Shown here one piece after another: positions 63,323-64,000 of a stretch of 64,000 bases of DNA. This DNA is from Dehalococcoidia bacterium (GTDB taxonomy: Bacteria; Chloroflexota; Dehalococcoidia; Lucifugimonadales; UBA3495). Numbering within the stretch: position 1 is the first letter of the stretch; the number at the start of each line of letters is the position of its first letter. The position numbers and the translations under genes were made by a program. The notes beneath the pieces were generated by a model that saw nothing but the letters and a program-made list of their open reading frames with translations, searched no databases and had not been told where the DNA came from. The stretch covers positions 399,935-463,934 of the forward strand of contig CBDBNP010000007.1 in assembly GCA_965207865.1 (NCBI GenBank). The letters run 5' to 3'.

Positions 63323-64000
63323 CTACTCCCCTTCCCCCAGCCGGTGCATCAAGTAGGCCTCGATGAAAGGGTCAATCTCCCCGCCCAGGACATTGTCCGG
63401 GTTGGTGCTCTGCAGGTTGGTGCGGTGGTCCTTGACCGACTTGTACGGGTGCAGCACGTAGCTGCGGATTTGGTGGCCCCACTCCGGATTGGTCCGCTCT
63501 CCGCGGAGCTTCGCCAGTTCCTCAGCGCGTTCATCGTCCTGGCGTTTCAGGAGCCTGGCCCGCAGGATGCGCATGGCATACTCACGGTTCTGGTGCTGCG
63601 AACGCTCCGTCTGGCAGGAGACGACTATACCGGAGGGAAGGTGCGTCAGCCGGACGGCGGAGGCAACCTTCTGCACGTTCTGGCCGCCGGGACCGCTGGA
63701 CCGGAATGTGTCCATCTTCAAGTCTTCCGGACGGATATCTATGTCCGACTCGCTCTCCACCGTCGGCAGTATTTCGACGTTGGCGAAGGACGTGTGGCGG
63801 AGATTGTTGGGGTCATAGGGAGACAACCGCACCAGGCGATGCACCCCTTGCTCGGCGGTCAGGTATCCGAAGGCGTGGTCGCCGCCCACCTCCAGGATGC
63901 CGCTGCGCAAACCCGCCTCGTCGCCGTATGACAGGTCCATGACCTCCACCGGCCTCTTTCCGCCCTCGGCCCAACCGACGTACATCTGCAAGAGCATCTG
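63323..64000 (-). CDS. prfB: Peptide chain release factor 2, C-terminal about 225 aa (5' end lies beyond the window)
   Basis: GGQ motif (SGPGGQNVQKVASAVRLTH), RLVRLSPYD...RHTSFA. The ORF stays open to the window edge. Confidence 0.9.
   Translation of the reverse strand, partial: QMLLQMYVGWAEGGKRPVEVMDLSYGDEAGLRSGILEVGGDHAFGYLTAEQGVHRLVRLSPYDPNNLRHTSFANVEILPTVESESDIDIRPEDLKMDTFRSSGPGGQNVQKVASAVRLTHLPSGIVVSCQTERSQHQNREYAMRILRARLLKRQDDERAEELAKLRGERTNPEWGHQIRSYVLHPYKSVKDHRTNLQSTNPDNVLGGEIDPFIEAYLMHRLGEGE

Noticed and set aside
1-64000. Looked for tRNA, rRNA, tmRNA, SRP RNA, CRISPR arrays, transposases, integrases and prophage genes.
   Set aside because: I found no cloverleaf-compatible or conserved-core sequences in the intergenic regions, and no ORF had transposase, integrase or phage hallmarks. 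Absence is based on reading by eye only and should be confirmed with tRNAscan-SE, Infernal and ISEScan.

Overview
This is a 64 kb, high-GC, gene-dense chromosomal segment with about 60 protein genes. I saw no rRNA, tRNA, CRISPR array, transposase or integrase. CDS coordinates include the stop codon. Several starts were moved downstream of the ORF-track start where an RBS and family-typical N-termini support it. The gene content (paralogous Rieske dioxygenases, an LLM flavin oxidoreductase, lipoproteins with Pro/Thr/Ala-rich linkers, orphan solute-binding proteins) would fit a marine Chloroflexota (SAR202-like) organism, but that is inference only. Layout: (i) 0.5-15 kb is an aromatic/alicyclic catabolic supercluster. 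It holds an LLM oxidoreductase, a Zn-ADH, a class I aldolase, a LigB-type and a BphC-type extradiol dioxygenase, two paralogous Rieske alpha subunits with a single beta subunit, a beta-hydroxyacid dehydrogenase and a ThDP enzyme. It is interrupted by HEPN-superfamily genes. (ii) 15-24.5 kb holds an FAD oxidoreductase, lutABC followed by an MNT/HEPN pair, glycerate kinase and two tandem M20 amidohydrolases. (iii) 24.6-29.8 kb is a minus-strand block: polyprenol-kinase-like protein, lipoprotein, cysteine desulfurase, M50 protease, agmatinase and a SpeH-like pyruvoyl decarboxylase. (iv) 30-36 kb holds a gldA/F/G-like ABC module plus DUF4340-like protein and cinA. (v) 36-43 kb holds YceI, TRAP and ABC family-5 lipoproteins, an M24 peptidase and a phosphotriesterase-family protein. 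(vi) 43.4-48.9 kb is a translationally coupled operon of coaE, a CbbQ/NorQ-type AAA+ ATPase, a Nudix hydrolase and a 1131-aa vWA protein. (vii) 49-64 kb holds rimI-like, EndoQ-like, groEL with a His-rich tail plus a Zn-ribbon mini-ORF, selA, an acyl-CoA dehydrogenase, a SIMPL lipoprotein, dcd-ribD-ribE-ribBA and the 3' part of prfB. The best candidates for something undescribed are two. The first is a three-gene cassette built around a fused MNT-HEPN protein and flanked by REP-like hairpin elements (11.7-13.3 kb); it is one of three HEPN-superfamily loci within 12 kb. The second is the coaE / AAA+ / Nudix / giant-vWA operon. All family calls rest on motif recognition by eye, and no database search was run.
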